DNA of 64,000 nt from Collinsella sp. (lineage in GTDB: Bacteria; Actinomycetota; Coriobacteriia; Coriobacteriales; Coriobacteriaceae). Both the position numbers and the translations under genes were made by a program. Below are positions 44,863-53,682 of this stretch, one piece after another; within the stretch, counting starts at the first letter, position 1, and each line of letters opens with the position of its first letter. The notes under the pieces are model-generated. The model searched no databases. It was not told where the DNA came from and saw only the letters and a list, made by a program, of their open reading frames with translations. The DNA lies in NCBI GenBank assembly GCA_036553025.1, contig JAXKBK010000040.1, forward strand, positions 1,044 through 65,043. The letters are read 5' to 3'.

Positions 44863-45865
44863 GCACCGTCCTTTCGATGAGGTGGTTCCATGCCAGCTTG
44901 AGTGCATCGGGGGCAACGGGTCTCATGCCGTCCATGGCATGGGCCATGCAGAATGAGGCGGCGGCGTCAAAGTCGCGCACGTCAACGGTCCAGGTCCATC
45001 CTTCTTCGCTGCGTGCAAGATCGCCTCGCCCGCGCGTGAGACCGCTGACCATATCGGCTTGCGACTCGCGCGCGAACGAGAACGTTGCCGCAACGGGCGG
45101 TCGGTCGGCAAAATCGAACTCAAAGAACAGGTAATCGTTGAGATTGAAGTCTGCGGGAATGGAGTATGCCTTTAAGGGGCGCCAAGCGCGGACGATGCGG
45201 TCGCAGCGGAACGTTCTGATGTTGTCGGTGGCATTGTCCAGACCGCAGAAATACGCCGTGCCATCGTGTTCGAACATACCGTAGACGCAGACGGTGCGCT
45301 CTTTCTGCTCGCCGCGACCGTTCTGATACAAAAAGCGCAGTGCACAGCGCTCGGCAAAGGCGCTCCAAACTGCATCGACGGTGGGAGAACGATGGATCGG
45401 CGCCTCGTCTGCGGCAGATATGCCGGTGAGATAGGCAATCTTGGACCGGATGTCGGCGAGCGGCGCGGCAAAGGCGGAGGAGCCGGCCGCAAGCGTCTGG
45501 TCGATGGCGTCTAGCAAGATGTCGGCATCGTCTGCGGTGATGAGCCCACCTGCCGCAAACGTGTGCTCGCGGTCGATCGTCCACGAGCTTTCCTCGGTCT
45601 CTTGCGCGCCGGCGAGGCGAACCTCTTTGATTACGATGCCGCGTTCGAGTAGTTTGTCGCGATCGCGGCGGAACTTGCGCTTATCCGAGTCGATGTTGCC
45701 CGAGCCATACCCCAAATCGGAATCCAAGACGATTTGTTCGGTCGTCAACGGCTCGGGAGAACTGTTGAGTACAAAGAAAAGATTGAGGATGCGCTGGGCC
45801 GTTTTATCGAAACTGGGTTCCGGCGTTCCCTTTTTGTTAATAGCGGTCGTGTCGCTTGCCGTCAT
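44843..45865 (-). CDS. HTH-WYL domain transcriptional regulator (PafB-like)
   Basis: WYL region LRFLYQNGRGEQKERTVCVYGMFEHDGTAYFCGLD..IRTFRCDRI. It overlaps the downstream paralogue by 20 nt, so the two are probably translationally coupled. Confidence 0.7.
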   Translation of the reverse strand: MTASDTTAINKKGTPEPSFDKTAQRILNLFFVLNSSPEPLTTEQIVLDSDLGYGSGNIDSDKRKFRRDRDKLLERGIVIKEVRLAGAQETEESSWTIDREHTFAAGGLITADDADILLDAIDQTLAAGSSAFAAPLADIRSKIAYLTGISAADEAPIHRSPTVDAVWSAFAERCALRFLYQNGRGEQKERTVCVYGMFEHDGTAYFCGLDNATDNIRTFRCDRIVRAWRPLKAYSIPADFNLNDYLFFEFDFADRPPVAATFSFARESQADMVSGLTRGRGDLARSEEGWTWTVDVRDFDAAASFCMAHAMDGMRPVAPDALKLAWNHLIERTVHEHARS

Positions 45866-46063
45866 AGAGTCCTCGCATGGGAAGGTGGTTTGCTGCCATG
45901 ATTTTAGTCCGATATGGAGATTAGGCTATATCCTTGTCCGCTCGGGGCGTTAAGATGGCCCGAATTCGGTCGTTTGCGCTCGCTCGGGGTATACTTTCGA
46001 CTATATACGGTTCTAATGTGCATGCATTGGGCCTATTTGTCGGATTATGGATGTGGAGCGCAC

Positions 46064-49000
46064 ATGGCGAACACCCAGAACTATATCAACCACCTGCTGC
46101 AGAACACCGGCATCACGCCGGCATGCAGCGAAGAAGAGCGCTTGGCTGCCGAGGATATCGCTCAGATTTTCCGCAACCATGGCTTTGATCCCGAGGTGCA
46201 GGAGTTTAATGCTCCCGCGCCGAGCAGGCTGGCATTTGCTATCACCGGCATCCTTGCGTTTGTCGGCGCCCTGCTTATGGGTATCGGTGGCGGCATCGGC
46301 TTGGTCGGTACCCTGCTGGCCATCATCGGTGCCGTGCTCTATGTGCTCGAGCGTACCGGGCATCCCGTGATTTCGGGGCTGGGAAAGACGGGCGTGAGCC
46401 AAAATGTCATCGCCTATCACAAGGCTTCTGGCCCGCTCGCGTCCCCGCGCAATCGCCCGGTGGTCGTTGTCGCACATTACGACTCCCCTCGCGCCGAGCT
46501 GCTTGCCCGCGAGCCCTATGCTTCGTACCGCGCGCTCATCGCTAAGTTGCTGCCCGTCGCCACGGTTGCCCCCGCTGCCGTCGCCGTCCTGCGTATCCTG
46601 CCGCTTCCCGGCGCGCTCAAGGTTCTGCTGTGGATCGTCGCGATTCTCGCCTCTCTCGTTGCGCTCGCCAACGCGGCAAACATCATCTCCAATCGCTACA
46701 TCCTTCCCTATACGTCCGGCGCGGTGTGCAACAAATCTTCGGTCGCCGCTTTGCTTGGCGTTATGGACAATGTCGCCCCCTTCCAGGGCGAGAATGAGTT
46801 CCCCGACGATGTTCCGTTCGACACCTATTTTGGTGAGCAAAAACGTCGCGCCGAGGAGATGGCACGTGCGGCGGCGGAATATGCCGCGGCCCAGCAGCAA
46901 AACGACTATGGCAACACCATTGAGTACGAAGAGCCTACCTACGAGGAGGACGAGTTTGGCCAGCCGATCGCTTCCGATGATCAGCTCGAGTCCGAACAAG
47001 GCGAGGCTTTCGACGAGCAGATCGATGGCTTTGAGGGTGCATCTGCCGACGAGACGCTGATCGGCTCCATTGTGCCCGAGGCACAGGGCCAGGCTGTCCA
47101 AGTCGAAGAGCCTGCTGCCGAGGTTCCCGCTGCCGAGTCGGCGGAGGAGTCTGTTGTGGTCGAGCCCAGCGAGCCTGAGCCTAAGCTCTATCGCAATGCC
47201 GCCGGCAACATCCGCTTTGGTTCGGATGCCATCCGCGCACTCGGCATGCTTCCCGAGTCCTGTACGCTCGATTACGAGGAGGGCGAGGAGCCGACATTCG
47301 AGCCCGAGCCTGCCCCCGTCGTGACTGCACCTGCGCCCGTTGTCGCCGTGGATGATGAGTCTGCCGCGGTTACCGCTGCCGTTGCCGAGCCCGAGGCGGT
47401 GTCCGCGATCGATCCCGCGGCAGGACTGGACATTTTGGCTCCCGCCGCGCCGGCGCAAGACGTTACGGACGAGTCTGACGACGATTACGCTGAACAGCCG
47501 AGGCGCGTGTCTTACGAGAGTGATACCGATTTCTCGGCCGAGATTCCCGCGGCGACGCCCCATGCCGATATTGCATCCGCCTTCTCTTCGATTGGGGCCA
47601 GTGCTTCCAGCTTCTTTAAGGGTGCATTTGCAAAGGGCAAGAAATTCATCGACGACTTTGAGGAAAAGCGCGCCATCGCACGCGAGGCTGCCGAGCAGGA
47701 GGCTATCGCTCAGCAGCAGGCAGCCGAGGCGGAGCGTGAGCGTGCGGCGCAGGAGTTCGAACAGAACGAGGCTCAGCAGCCCGTGGCCGTCGACGCTGCC
47801 GAAGCTACGACGTCTTTTGAGTCCCAGCAACCGGCATCCGCTGATGTTGTTGAGGCGACGACGTCTTTCGAGCCCCAGCAGCCCGTTGATGGCACCATGT
47901 CGTTCGACGCCGCGCAGTTCGATGCCACGATAACGTTTGAAAAACAGGGCACCGCGATTGCTGAGCCCCTTGAGGCTTCCGATGATCAGGCCGCTGTGGC
48001 AAACGATGCCGAGACCGCCGATGCGGTTGAAGTCCCGGATGCTGCCGAAGACCAGGTCGTTGAGGTCAGTGCTGAGGAAGAGCAGCACGTAGCGGTTGAG
48101 CAGAACGATTCGGCCGAGGTCGAGCAGGATGAGGCAGCTGTGGTCTCCGAGGTTTCCGAGGCGCCCGAGACGGACGAGTCGAGACCTTACTCCACGCAGA
48201 TTTTCACCATGCCGACTCCGGGTGGTTCTGGCTCCACGGTTGCCAACGTCGCCTCCACTCAGGACGAAACGGTCGATTCCCTCATGGCGCAGATTTCGTC
48301 TCAGGCCACGCCGCGCCCGCAGATGAATGTTCCCGATCCGGCGTCAGTTCCGGTGCCTACGCCCTCCTCGTCGCCGTTGGCTTCGGTTCCCGATCCGTCG
48401 CTGCCGTCGATGAAGCAGGCTAACGTTGCGTCTCGCACGTCACTGTTCGACCTTCCCGACCCCTCGGCTCAGGTCGATGACCCCTTCGCGACGGCGCAGG
48501 GTCCCGAGCCCACGTCGGCGCCCGTTGCACCTTCCATGCCCGTCGCGTCGGGCGCGCAGCCGCTCGAGACCATCTCGGCTCCCGCTTCGGCCGCGCCCAA
48601 GCCCCGCAAGCGCGGTCTGGGCGGTCTGTTTGGTCGTAAAAAGAAAAACGATCAGGACAGCATGAGTGACTGGCTGGGTGTCGAAGACGATTACGATGCT
48701 AAGAAGTCTGGCCGCGGTATCGGCTCGTGGGATAACTTCGAGGACGATAACGACGGCTGGAAGGGCGGCGCCACGTCTTCCGATGGTGCATCTGACGAGG
48801 ACATGCTCTCGGCTGTCGCTTCTATGGGCGATGACGAACTGCTTGGTCACGATATCTGGTTTGTGGCGACGGGTGCCTCGGATTGTGATGGCGCCGGCAT
48901 GAAGGCGTTCTTGGCCTCGCATCGCGATAAGCTCCGCGGCGTATTCTTCATCAATCTTGAATCCGTCGGCGCCGGTAGGCTTTCGGTAGTGACGGTCGAG

Positions 49001-49279
49001 GGCGAGCAGCAGCTGCTTAAGGGCGACCGCCGCATCATGAATCTGGTCAGCAAGGTCTGCAAGTCGTTCCATGTCGATTGTGGTGCGCTCGAGATGCCCT
49101 ATGCCAAGACCGATGCCTATGCCGCACTCGAGGCGAGCCGTCGTGCCCTCACCATCGCCGGTGTGGACGGCACGCGCCTGGCTTGTGCTCGCACCGAGGA
49201 CGACCTGCCCCACAACGTTAACCCGACGAACATTGCCACGGTATCCGAGGTCGTGACCGAGGTTATCCGCCGTTCGTAG
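46064..49279 (+). CDS. polytopic membrane protein with split, degenerate M28-peptidase-like domain and ~650-aa acidic disordered insert
   Basis: The N-terminal part has VVVVAHYDSPRAE and SGAVCNKSSVAALLGV. The C-terminal part has IWFVATGASDCDGAGMKAFL..FFINLESVGAG. Several TM helices are present. The central region is E/A/P/D/Q-rich with a tandem EATTSFE(S/P)QQP motif. ATG 46064 follows GGAG. Confidence 0.6.
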   Translation: MANTQNYINHLLQNTGITPACSEEERLAAEDIAQIFRNHGFDPEVQEFNAPAPSRLAFAITGILAFVGALLMGIGGGIGLVGTLLAIIGAVLYVLERTGHPVISGLGKTGVSQNVIAYHKASGPLASPRNRPVVVVAHYDSPRAELLAREPYASYRALIAKLLPVATVAPAAVAVLRILPLPGALKVLLWIVAILASLVALANAANIISNRYILPYTSGAVCNKSSVAALLGVMDNVAPFQGENEFPDDVPFDTYFGEQKRRAEEMARAAAEYAAAQQQNDYGNTIEYEEPTYEEDEFGQPIASDDQLESEQGEAFDEQIDGFEGASADETLIGSIVPEAQGQAVQVEEPAAEVPAAESAEESVVVEPSEPEPKLYRNAAGNIRFGSDAIRALGMLPESCTLDYEEGEEPTFEPEPAPVVTAPAPVVAVDDESAAVTAAVAEPEAVSAIDPAAGLDILAPAAPAQDVTDESDDDYAEQPRRVSYESDTDFSAEIPAATPHADIASAFSSIGASASSFFKGAFAKGKKFIDDFEEKRAIAREAAEQEAIAQQQAAEAERERAAQEFEQNEAQQPVAVDAAEATTSFESQQPASADVVEATTSFEPQQPVDGTMSFDAAQFDATITFEKQGTAIAEPLEASDDQAAVANDAETADAVEVPDAAEDQVVEVSAEEEQHVAVEQNDSAEVEQDEAAVVSEVSEAPETDESRPYSTQIFTMPTPGGSGSTVANVASTQDETVDSLMAQISSQATPRPQMNVPDPASVPVPTPSSSPLASVPDPSLPSMKQANVASRTSLFDLPDPSAQVDDPFATAQGPEPTSAPVAPSMPVASGAQPLETISAPASAAPKPRKRGLGGLFGRKKKNDQDSMSDWLGVEDDYDAKKSGRGIGSWDNFEDDNDGWKGGATSSDGASDEDMLSAVASMGDDELLGHDIWFVATGASDCDGAGMKAFLASHRDKLRGVFFINLESVGAGRLSVVTVEGEQQLLKGDRRIMNLVSKVCKSFHVDCGALEMPYAKTDAYAALEASRRALTIAGVDGTRLACARTEDDLPHNVNPTNIATVSEVVTEVIRRS

Positions 49280-49300
49280 GCGGAGCTCTAAGGAGTCAAC

Positions 49301-49519
49301 GTGTTTTCGTTCATTAAACGTCATTGGCCTGTTTATTTGATTCTGACCCTTATTGCCGTCGCTTTGGGATTTGGGGCTGCCTATATCGTGGGTGTAAAGG
49401 GGTCGACCCCCGCATCCGCAATCAGCGAAGAGGTGGAGCAAGAGCAAAGTACGGGTGCCGATGGAATCCCCGAGTCCGAGCAGGCGCTCGTCGACAGCGG
49501 ATCTTCATCTGCCGAGTAG
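49301..49519 (+). CDS. small membrane protein
   Basis: 72 aa with a TM segment WPVYLILTLIAVALGFGAAYIV and an acidic tail. It lies 22 nt after the previous gene. Confidence 0.45.
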   Translation: MFSFIKRHWPVYLILTLIAVALGFGAAYIVGVKGSTPASAISEEVEQEQSTGADGIPESEQALVDSGSSSAE

Positions 49520-49541
49520 ATGTGGCGATTTAAATGATTGA

Positions 49542-49579
49542 AAGCGGGCGAGGCGGGAGACTGACTCGCCCGCTTTTTA
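49542..49579 (+). terminator. rho-independent terminator between convergent genes
   Basis: AAGCGGGCGAG, a 12-nt loop, CTCGCCCGCTT, then TTTTAT. Confidence 0.7.
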
Positions 49580-49584
49580 TCGCG

Positions 49585-52500
49585 TTAGCGCTTCTTTGGG
49601 ATCGACCTAAGGCGAGCGAACCATAGGGCTGCCGCACCCGAGGTCAGGAGCGCGGTGATGCAGGCGGCGATGGGAACTGATCCTGTTGCCGGTAGGTCCT
49701 GCGGTAGGGTGCAGCGCTGAACGACACGATCCTCGTCATGTGACTCAAGTTTGTCGCCGCCGCCGTTGCGACAGAGGTCGACACGGGCGCTGTTGGCAAC
49801 TGGTGCCTGGGGCGTATAGGAAGAAGTTGCCTGCATATGGACTACTGCACTCCGGGCGTCTGTACCGAGGGTTGCCTTGGCGTCATCGAGATCGTCATGT
49901 TCGTTTTTAAGATCTTCGCGCTTCCAAGAATCTTCGTCGCACCTGGTTGCAAAGTCGGCGTCCACCGCACCGTACTCAAGGCGAATGCCCGTTACGATGG
50001 TATCGACGGGAAGGTCGAGCTCATTTACCTCAAGCGTGATTGATTTTGTGGTCGGGACATCGGTTTTCCAGAGTTGCCAGCCTTCGTAATCAACGAGACG
50101 ACGGTCCCCGCCCAAGCTCTCTTTAACTTCGTCGGACTCAAGCCAGGGGTTTTCATGTCCATCGTCAAGTGTTGCGTTTGCCTGTTCGTCGATGCCTGAC
50201 GAGCCCAGTGGCGTTGTGCGGTACCACACGTTGCACAGACCGTTGAGGTCGCCGATGGCAATAGGGGTTTCGATTGAGACGAGTCTTGCCGTACCGTCCT
50301 TGGCGCACTCAAGATCATCGGTAATCGTGAACTCATCAACCCAGGTGGTCGACTCGTTTCGCGCATCGACGGTGTAGGAGAAAAACCCTTCCGCATCGGC
50401 TTGTGTCGCGGCGCGGTTTTTGCCATCGCCGTTAGCCAAGAGGCCATCCCCGGTGGGCTGGGCAATTTCTTGACGCTTGTCGACCTGTCCCTTGATCTCG
50501 ATCGGTGCGTCCTTCATTGCGAAAGATTGGACTTCTCCCGTAGCCTTCACTTCAAACGTTATCTCCTCGGCAAGGTCGTAGGTTCGCGGGGACATCATTT
50601 CGCGCAACGTGTAGGTGCCGGGCGCAAGATGTTCGATACGGTGCGGTTTATCGGATGAGGTCCAGGAGTCTATTTCGGTTTCGTCTTGTCCATATAGGGT
50701 GAGCTGAGCGCCCTCCACCTCTTGTTTTCCGGTTAGGTCGACTTTTGAGATATCGATCTTGGTGAAATCGTCGGATACTCCGAGATGGGCTTCGATGACG
50801 GACGTTGTCTGGTCGGCATATGACAGCTCGACCGTATGGGGACTTTGGTCTAGGAGATATCCTTCGGGAGCTTGGGTCTCAACGACTTCGTAGCATGCGG
50901 TTCCACATCCCAGCGAAAGATGGCTCGCACGGGCGGACCCCTGCTCGTCAGTCGTTACGGTGGCGACGGTTTCGCCGTCCAGGGCAACGATACTGCCGTC
51001 GGGGCGAATAATATCGCCTGCGGCTCGGATATCAAATACAGCCCCCATGAGTTTGCGCCCGTCGGTAGCGTCGGACTTTACGATTTCGATGCTTCCGGTT
51101 GCCGCATCGTCGAAGTATGAGGCAATCGCAGCGGGCGTTAGATACCTGTCGGCGGGGATTGTTATCTCGAGATCCTCTCCGACAAGATAAGGTTTCTTTG
51201 CCGAGACTTCTCGCACGTAGTAGGTGCCCGGGTTAAGAGACTCGGGTAGCGTGACGGTACCAGTTGCGTCGGTCGTAAAGGTGTTCAGGACATTGTGGGA
51301 CGGATACCAGCACGTTTGCGAGATGGGCTCGTGGTTGCTGCCGAGCAACTGGAAGCTAAAGCCTGCAAGGGGAACCGCGGCACCGGTTTGGGCGTCGCGC
51401 TTAGCAATCTGGAGATGTGTCGATAGGGCATGGTTGTCCACGATGTACTGAAGCTCGGCACCGTCGGCAATCTGTTCAGCCGAGACGGTCCATTCTCCTG
51501 CCTGTTTAAAGCCTTCGGGGACGGATTCTGGGACCTCCCGAAGTGTATAGCCGGCACGGTCGTAGGGGATGGCTCCGTGGGCGCCGTCGGGCCGCTTGCC
51601 CGCGCCGAACCATGCTCCGGGCTGGTCTTTGGTGGAGGCAAAACCATAGATATTTGTGGTTAACGTTCCAACAACCTGTTGTGAGCTATTGCTGATGACT
51701 TCAAAGACAACGCCTTCCGCGGGCTGCTCCAAGCCAGACTGATCGCTGTTGCCATGATCTTTGAATTTGGAAATCTCAAGGTCAAATGCAATCGGAATAT
51801 CGGAAACGCGAGATTCGAGCTCGACGACGCCCGAGTCGCCCAGCTGGTCGGCTCCAACGGTGTAGGTCCAGCTGTCGCTGGGCAGCAGGTAGCCCTCGGG
51901 GGCCTTCGACTCATAGATGGTGAAGGTTCCCAGGGGAACGTTATCAAGGGCCGCTCGACCGTTTTCGTCGGTCGTGAGGGTTTGCGTCCATCCGGGGGTG
52001 GATTGAGAGACGCAGGTAAACTCGGCACCGGCAAGCGAGGTCCCCGCTTGGGCTCCAGCGCCCGTTGCGGCGTCGGTCTTTACGATGCGCAACGTGATGG
52101 TGCCTGGCTGCTCATCGATTGTGACATGACCACCATTGCCTTCCGTGGTAAAGGGGATGCGGTCGCGTCGAGGGATATAGCCTGCCGGTGCCTTTGTCTC
52201 TACCAGGTAGTATGCCGTGTTAGGTAAAAGTGTTGCCTGTGCTCGGCCGTTGCCGTCCATTTTGAGCGTGCCCACGCGCGCGTCGCTCACGCTCTCGAAG
52301 ATATCGAATGTTGCCCCGTCAAACTGATAGGTGCCGTTTCCGCTGGTAATGACGGTGTTCGCGGACTTCTTTTGGAAAGAAACAGAGACCGCTGGCAGCA
52401 CGTAGAGCATGTCTTGACGTTTGCTGCCGCCCGATATGGGTCCCAAATAGCGCCGTGCGCGGTGCGGAGCGGCTTTGATGCCTCCCGATTTTGCATTGTC

Positions 52501-53016
52501 GTGAAGCCACCGTGCGGCAGCCACAACCTCATTGTCGGCGGTAAAATGCCCGCTCTTTGTTTTGCCTTGAGCTGTTGTATAGGAGTAAGTGCCGTCGACA
52601 TGGGTGGTGCCGTTAAGCATCCATACGGCAAGTTGAGTGGCGGCACGGGCGCGATCGGGCGACAGGCTGTAACCGCCAAATGACGTTGCGGAAGGATATC
52701 CGTGACAAACGATCGCCGCGAACTCGTCGTCGAGCCATACCCAGCCCTGATCAAAGTTGAGCCATGGGCCACCCGGCTTGGTGGGACCGGGACGTTCCTG
52801 GTTCATACAGTACGCGATTGAGGCGTCTTGAGCCTCGTACTTACCGATGAAGAAGGGCCCACAATCGTCGCTAATGGTGCGAAAGCCGAGCTGATCGTAC
52901 CCGTCGATGGCAAGTGCGGGTCTCGGAGCCAAGCAACTGATGAGTAGGAAGAGGAGTAGGAGCAGCGGGCCTGTTGCGATTGCGCTGTGGACAGAGTGCG
53001 TGGGTGCGTTGGACAT
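49585..53016 (-). CDS. LPXTG cell-wall-anchored adhesin with N-terminal thioester domain and repeated SpaA/CnaB-type Ig-like domains
   Basis: Signal peptide (LLLLLFLLISCLAPRPALA). The thioester-domain motifs are AYCMNQ (Cys) and TQLAVW (Gln). There are many repeats of the type GA.F.....G. The C-terminus is LPATG plus a hydrophobic stretch plus RLRSIPKKR. Confidence 0.8.
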   Translation of the reverse strand: MSNAPTHSVHSAIATGPLLLLLFLLISCLAPRPALAIDGYDQLGFRTISDDCGPFFIGKYEAQDASIAYCMNQERPGPTKPGGPWLNFDQGWVWLDDEFAAIVCHGYPSATSFGGYSLSPDRARAATQLAVWMLNGTTHVDGTYSYTTAQGKTKSGHFTADNEVVAAARWLHDNAKSGGIKAAPHRARRYLGPISGGSKRQDMLYVLPAVSVSFQKKSANTVITSGNGTYQFDGATFDIFESVSDARVGTLKMDGNGRAQATLLPNTAYYLVETKAPAGYIPRRDRIPFTTEGNGGHVTIDEQPGTITLRIVKTDAATGAGAQAGTSLAGAEFTCVSQSTPGWTQTLTTDENGRAALDNVPLGTFTIYESKAPEGYLLPSDSWTYTVGADQLGDSGVVELESRVSDIPIAFDLEISKFKDHGNSDQSGLEQPAEGVVFEVISNSSQQVVGTLTTNIYGFASTKDQPGAWFGAGKRPDGAHGAIPYDRAGYTLREVPESVPEGFKQAGEWTVSAEQIADGAELQYIVDNHALSTHLQIAKRDAQTGAAVPLAGFSFQLLGSNHEPISQTCWYPSHNVLNTFTTDATGTVTLPESLNPGTYYVREVSAKKPYLVGEDLEITIPADRYLTPAAIASYFDDAATGSIEIVKSDATDGRKLMGAVFDIRAAGDIIRPDGSIVALDGETVATVTTDEQGSARASHLSLGCGTACYEVVETQAPEGYLLDQSPHTVELSYADQTTSVIEAHLGVSDDFTKIDISKVDLTGKQEVEGAQLTLYGQDETEIDSWTSSDKPHRIEHLAPGTYTLREMMSPRTYDLAEEITFEVKATGEVQSFAMKDAPIEIKGQVDKRQEIAQPTGDGLLANGDGKNRAATQADAEGFFSYTVDARNESTTWVDEFTITDDLECAKDGTARLVSIETPIAIGDLNGLCNVWYRTTPLGSSGIDEQANATLDDGHENPWLESDEVKESLGGDRRLVDYEGWQLWKTDVPTTKSITLEVNELDLPVDTIVTGIRLEYGAVDADFATRCDEDSWKREDLKNEHDDLDDAKATLGTDARSAVVHMQATSSYTPQAPVANSARVDLCRNGGGDKLESHDEDRVVQRCTLPQDLPATGSVPIAACITALLTSGAAALWFARLRSIPKKR

Positions 53017-53313
53017 GGCTGCTCCTTATCCCTCGTGCGCCGCACGGGGAGGCTGCGGCGCTTGGGACGAGGCTACCCCCGAGGTTCATGCGGGTAAGTA
53101 CCGGAAGCTGACCAAAAGCTTGCCCGATTTCCGACAAATTGGGTTCATATGGAACAATCAAATAAAACCGCAGGTAAAAGATGGTGAAATAAGGACACCA
53201 GAGGTCCCTGTCTCCACAATTGGACTGTTTTTCAGACGATTCTCCACAGCTAAAACAAGCATCGACACCCTTGTATCGAACAAGACAACCGCGTTATACT
53301 AGCCAACACACAA

Positions 53314-53388
53314 GCGGGCATCGCCAAGTGGTAAGGCATCAGCTTCCCAAGCTGACACTCGCGGGTTCGAGTCCCGTTGCCCGCTCCA
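53314..53388 (+). tRNA. tRNA-Gly (anticodon CCC)
   Basis: GCGGGCA acceptor, anticodon stem TCAGC/GCTGA with loop TTCCCAA, T-loop TTCGAGT and an encoded CCA. Confidence 0.9.
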
Positions 53389-53400
53389 GTAAAAAGCACA

Positions 53401-53434
53401 AGCACGACACCGTTCCGGTGCCGTGCTTTTTTCA
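53401..53434 (+). terminator. rho-independent terminator after tRNA-Gly
   Basis: AGCACGACACCG-TTC-CGGTGCCGTGCT with one mismatch, followed by TTTTTT. Confidence 0.7.
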
Positions 53435-53562
53435 ATATAGTGCCGGGACTCGAACCCGCCAGGGTGCGAGCGTTAAATAAACGCGAAGCGTTTATAGCGA
53501 GCAGGCAAGGTCGCCGATAGGCGACCGTAGCCGGTGCGGATTTGCGAAGCAAATACGCGGAC

Positions 53563-53580
53563 GTCCCGTTGCCCGCTCCA
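53563..53580 (+). repeat. 18-nt direct repeat of the tRNA-Gly 3' end (GTCCCGTTGCCCGCTCCA)
   Basis: Identical to 53371..53388. An inverted 16-nt copy of the T-arm (CGGGACTCGAACCCGC) lies at 53444..53459. Confidence 0.85.
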
Positions 53581-53682
53581 ATCTCAAAATGTTAGGTTGA
53601 TGCCCGTAGCTCATACGGGCACCTGCGCACGGTACAATAGTCGAGTTACGACCAACGTGCCAATAACCAAAAAGGAGCCGCT

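Noticed and set aside
45930-46000. RecA-NDp-like (PafBC-type) promoter motif TGTCCGCT-N8-TAAGAT upstream of the M28-like gene
   Set aside because: It is only a partial match to the published-type TGTCGGTG-N8-TAnnnT pattern, with two core mismatches. It cannot be distinguished from chance without a genome-wide motif model.
46013-49447. Minus-strand ORFs 46013..48088 (691 aa) and 48440..49447 (335 aa)
   Set aside because: They are antisense to the M28-like gene and give Arg/Gly/Leu-rich translations with no motifs. The + frame has a signal/TM architecture, M28-like blocks and a proper RBS.
53436-53520. Possible minus-strand tRNA suggested by CGGGACTCGAACCCGC
   Set aside because: Only the T-arm is recognisable. 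No acceptor stem, D-arm or 7-nt anticodon loop can be folded. It is treated as an inverted fragment of tRNA-Gly.
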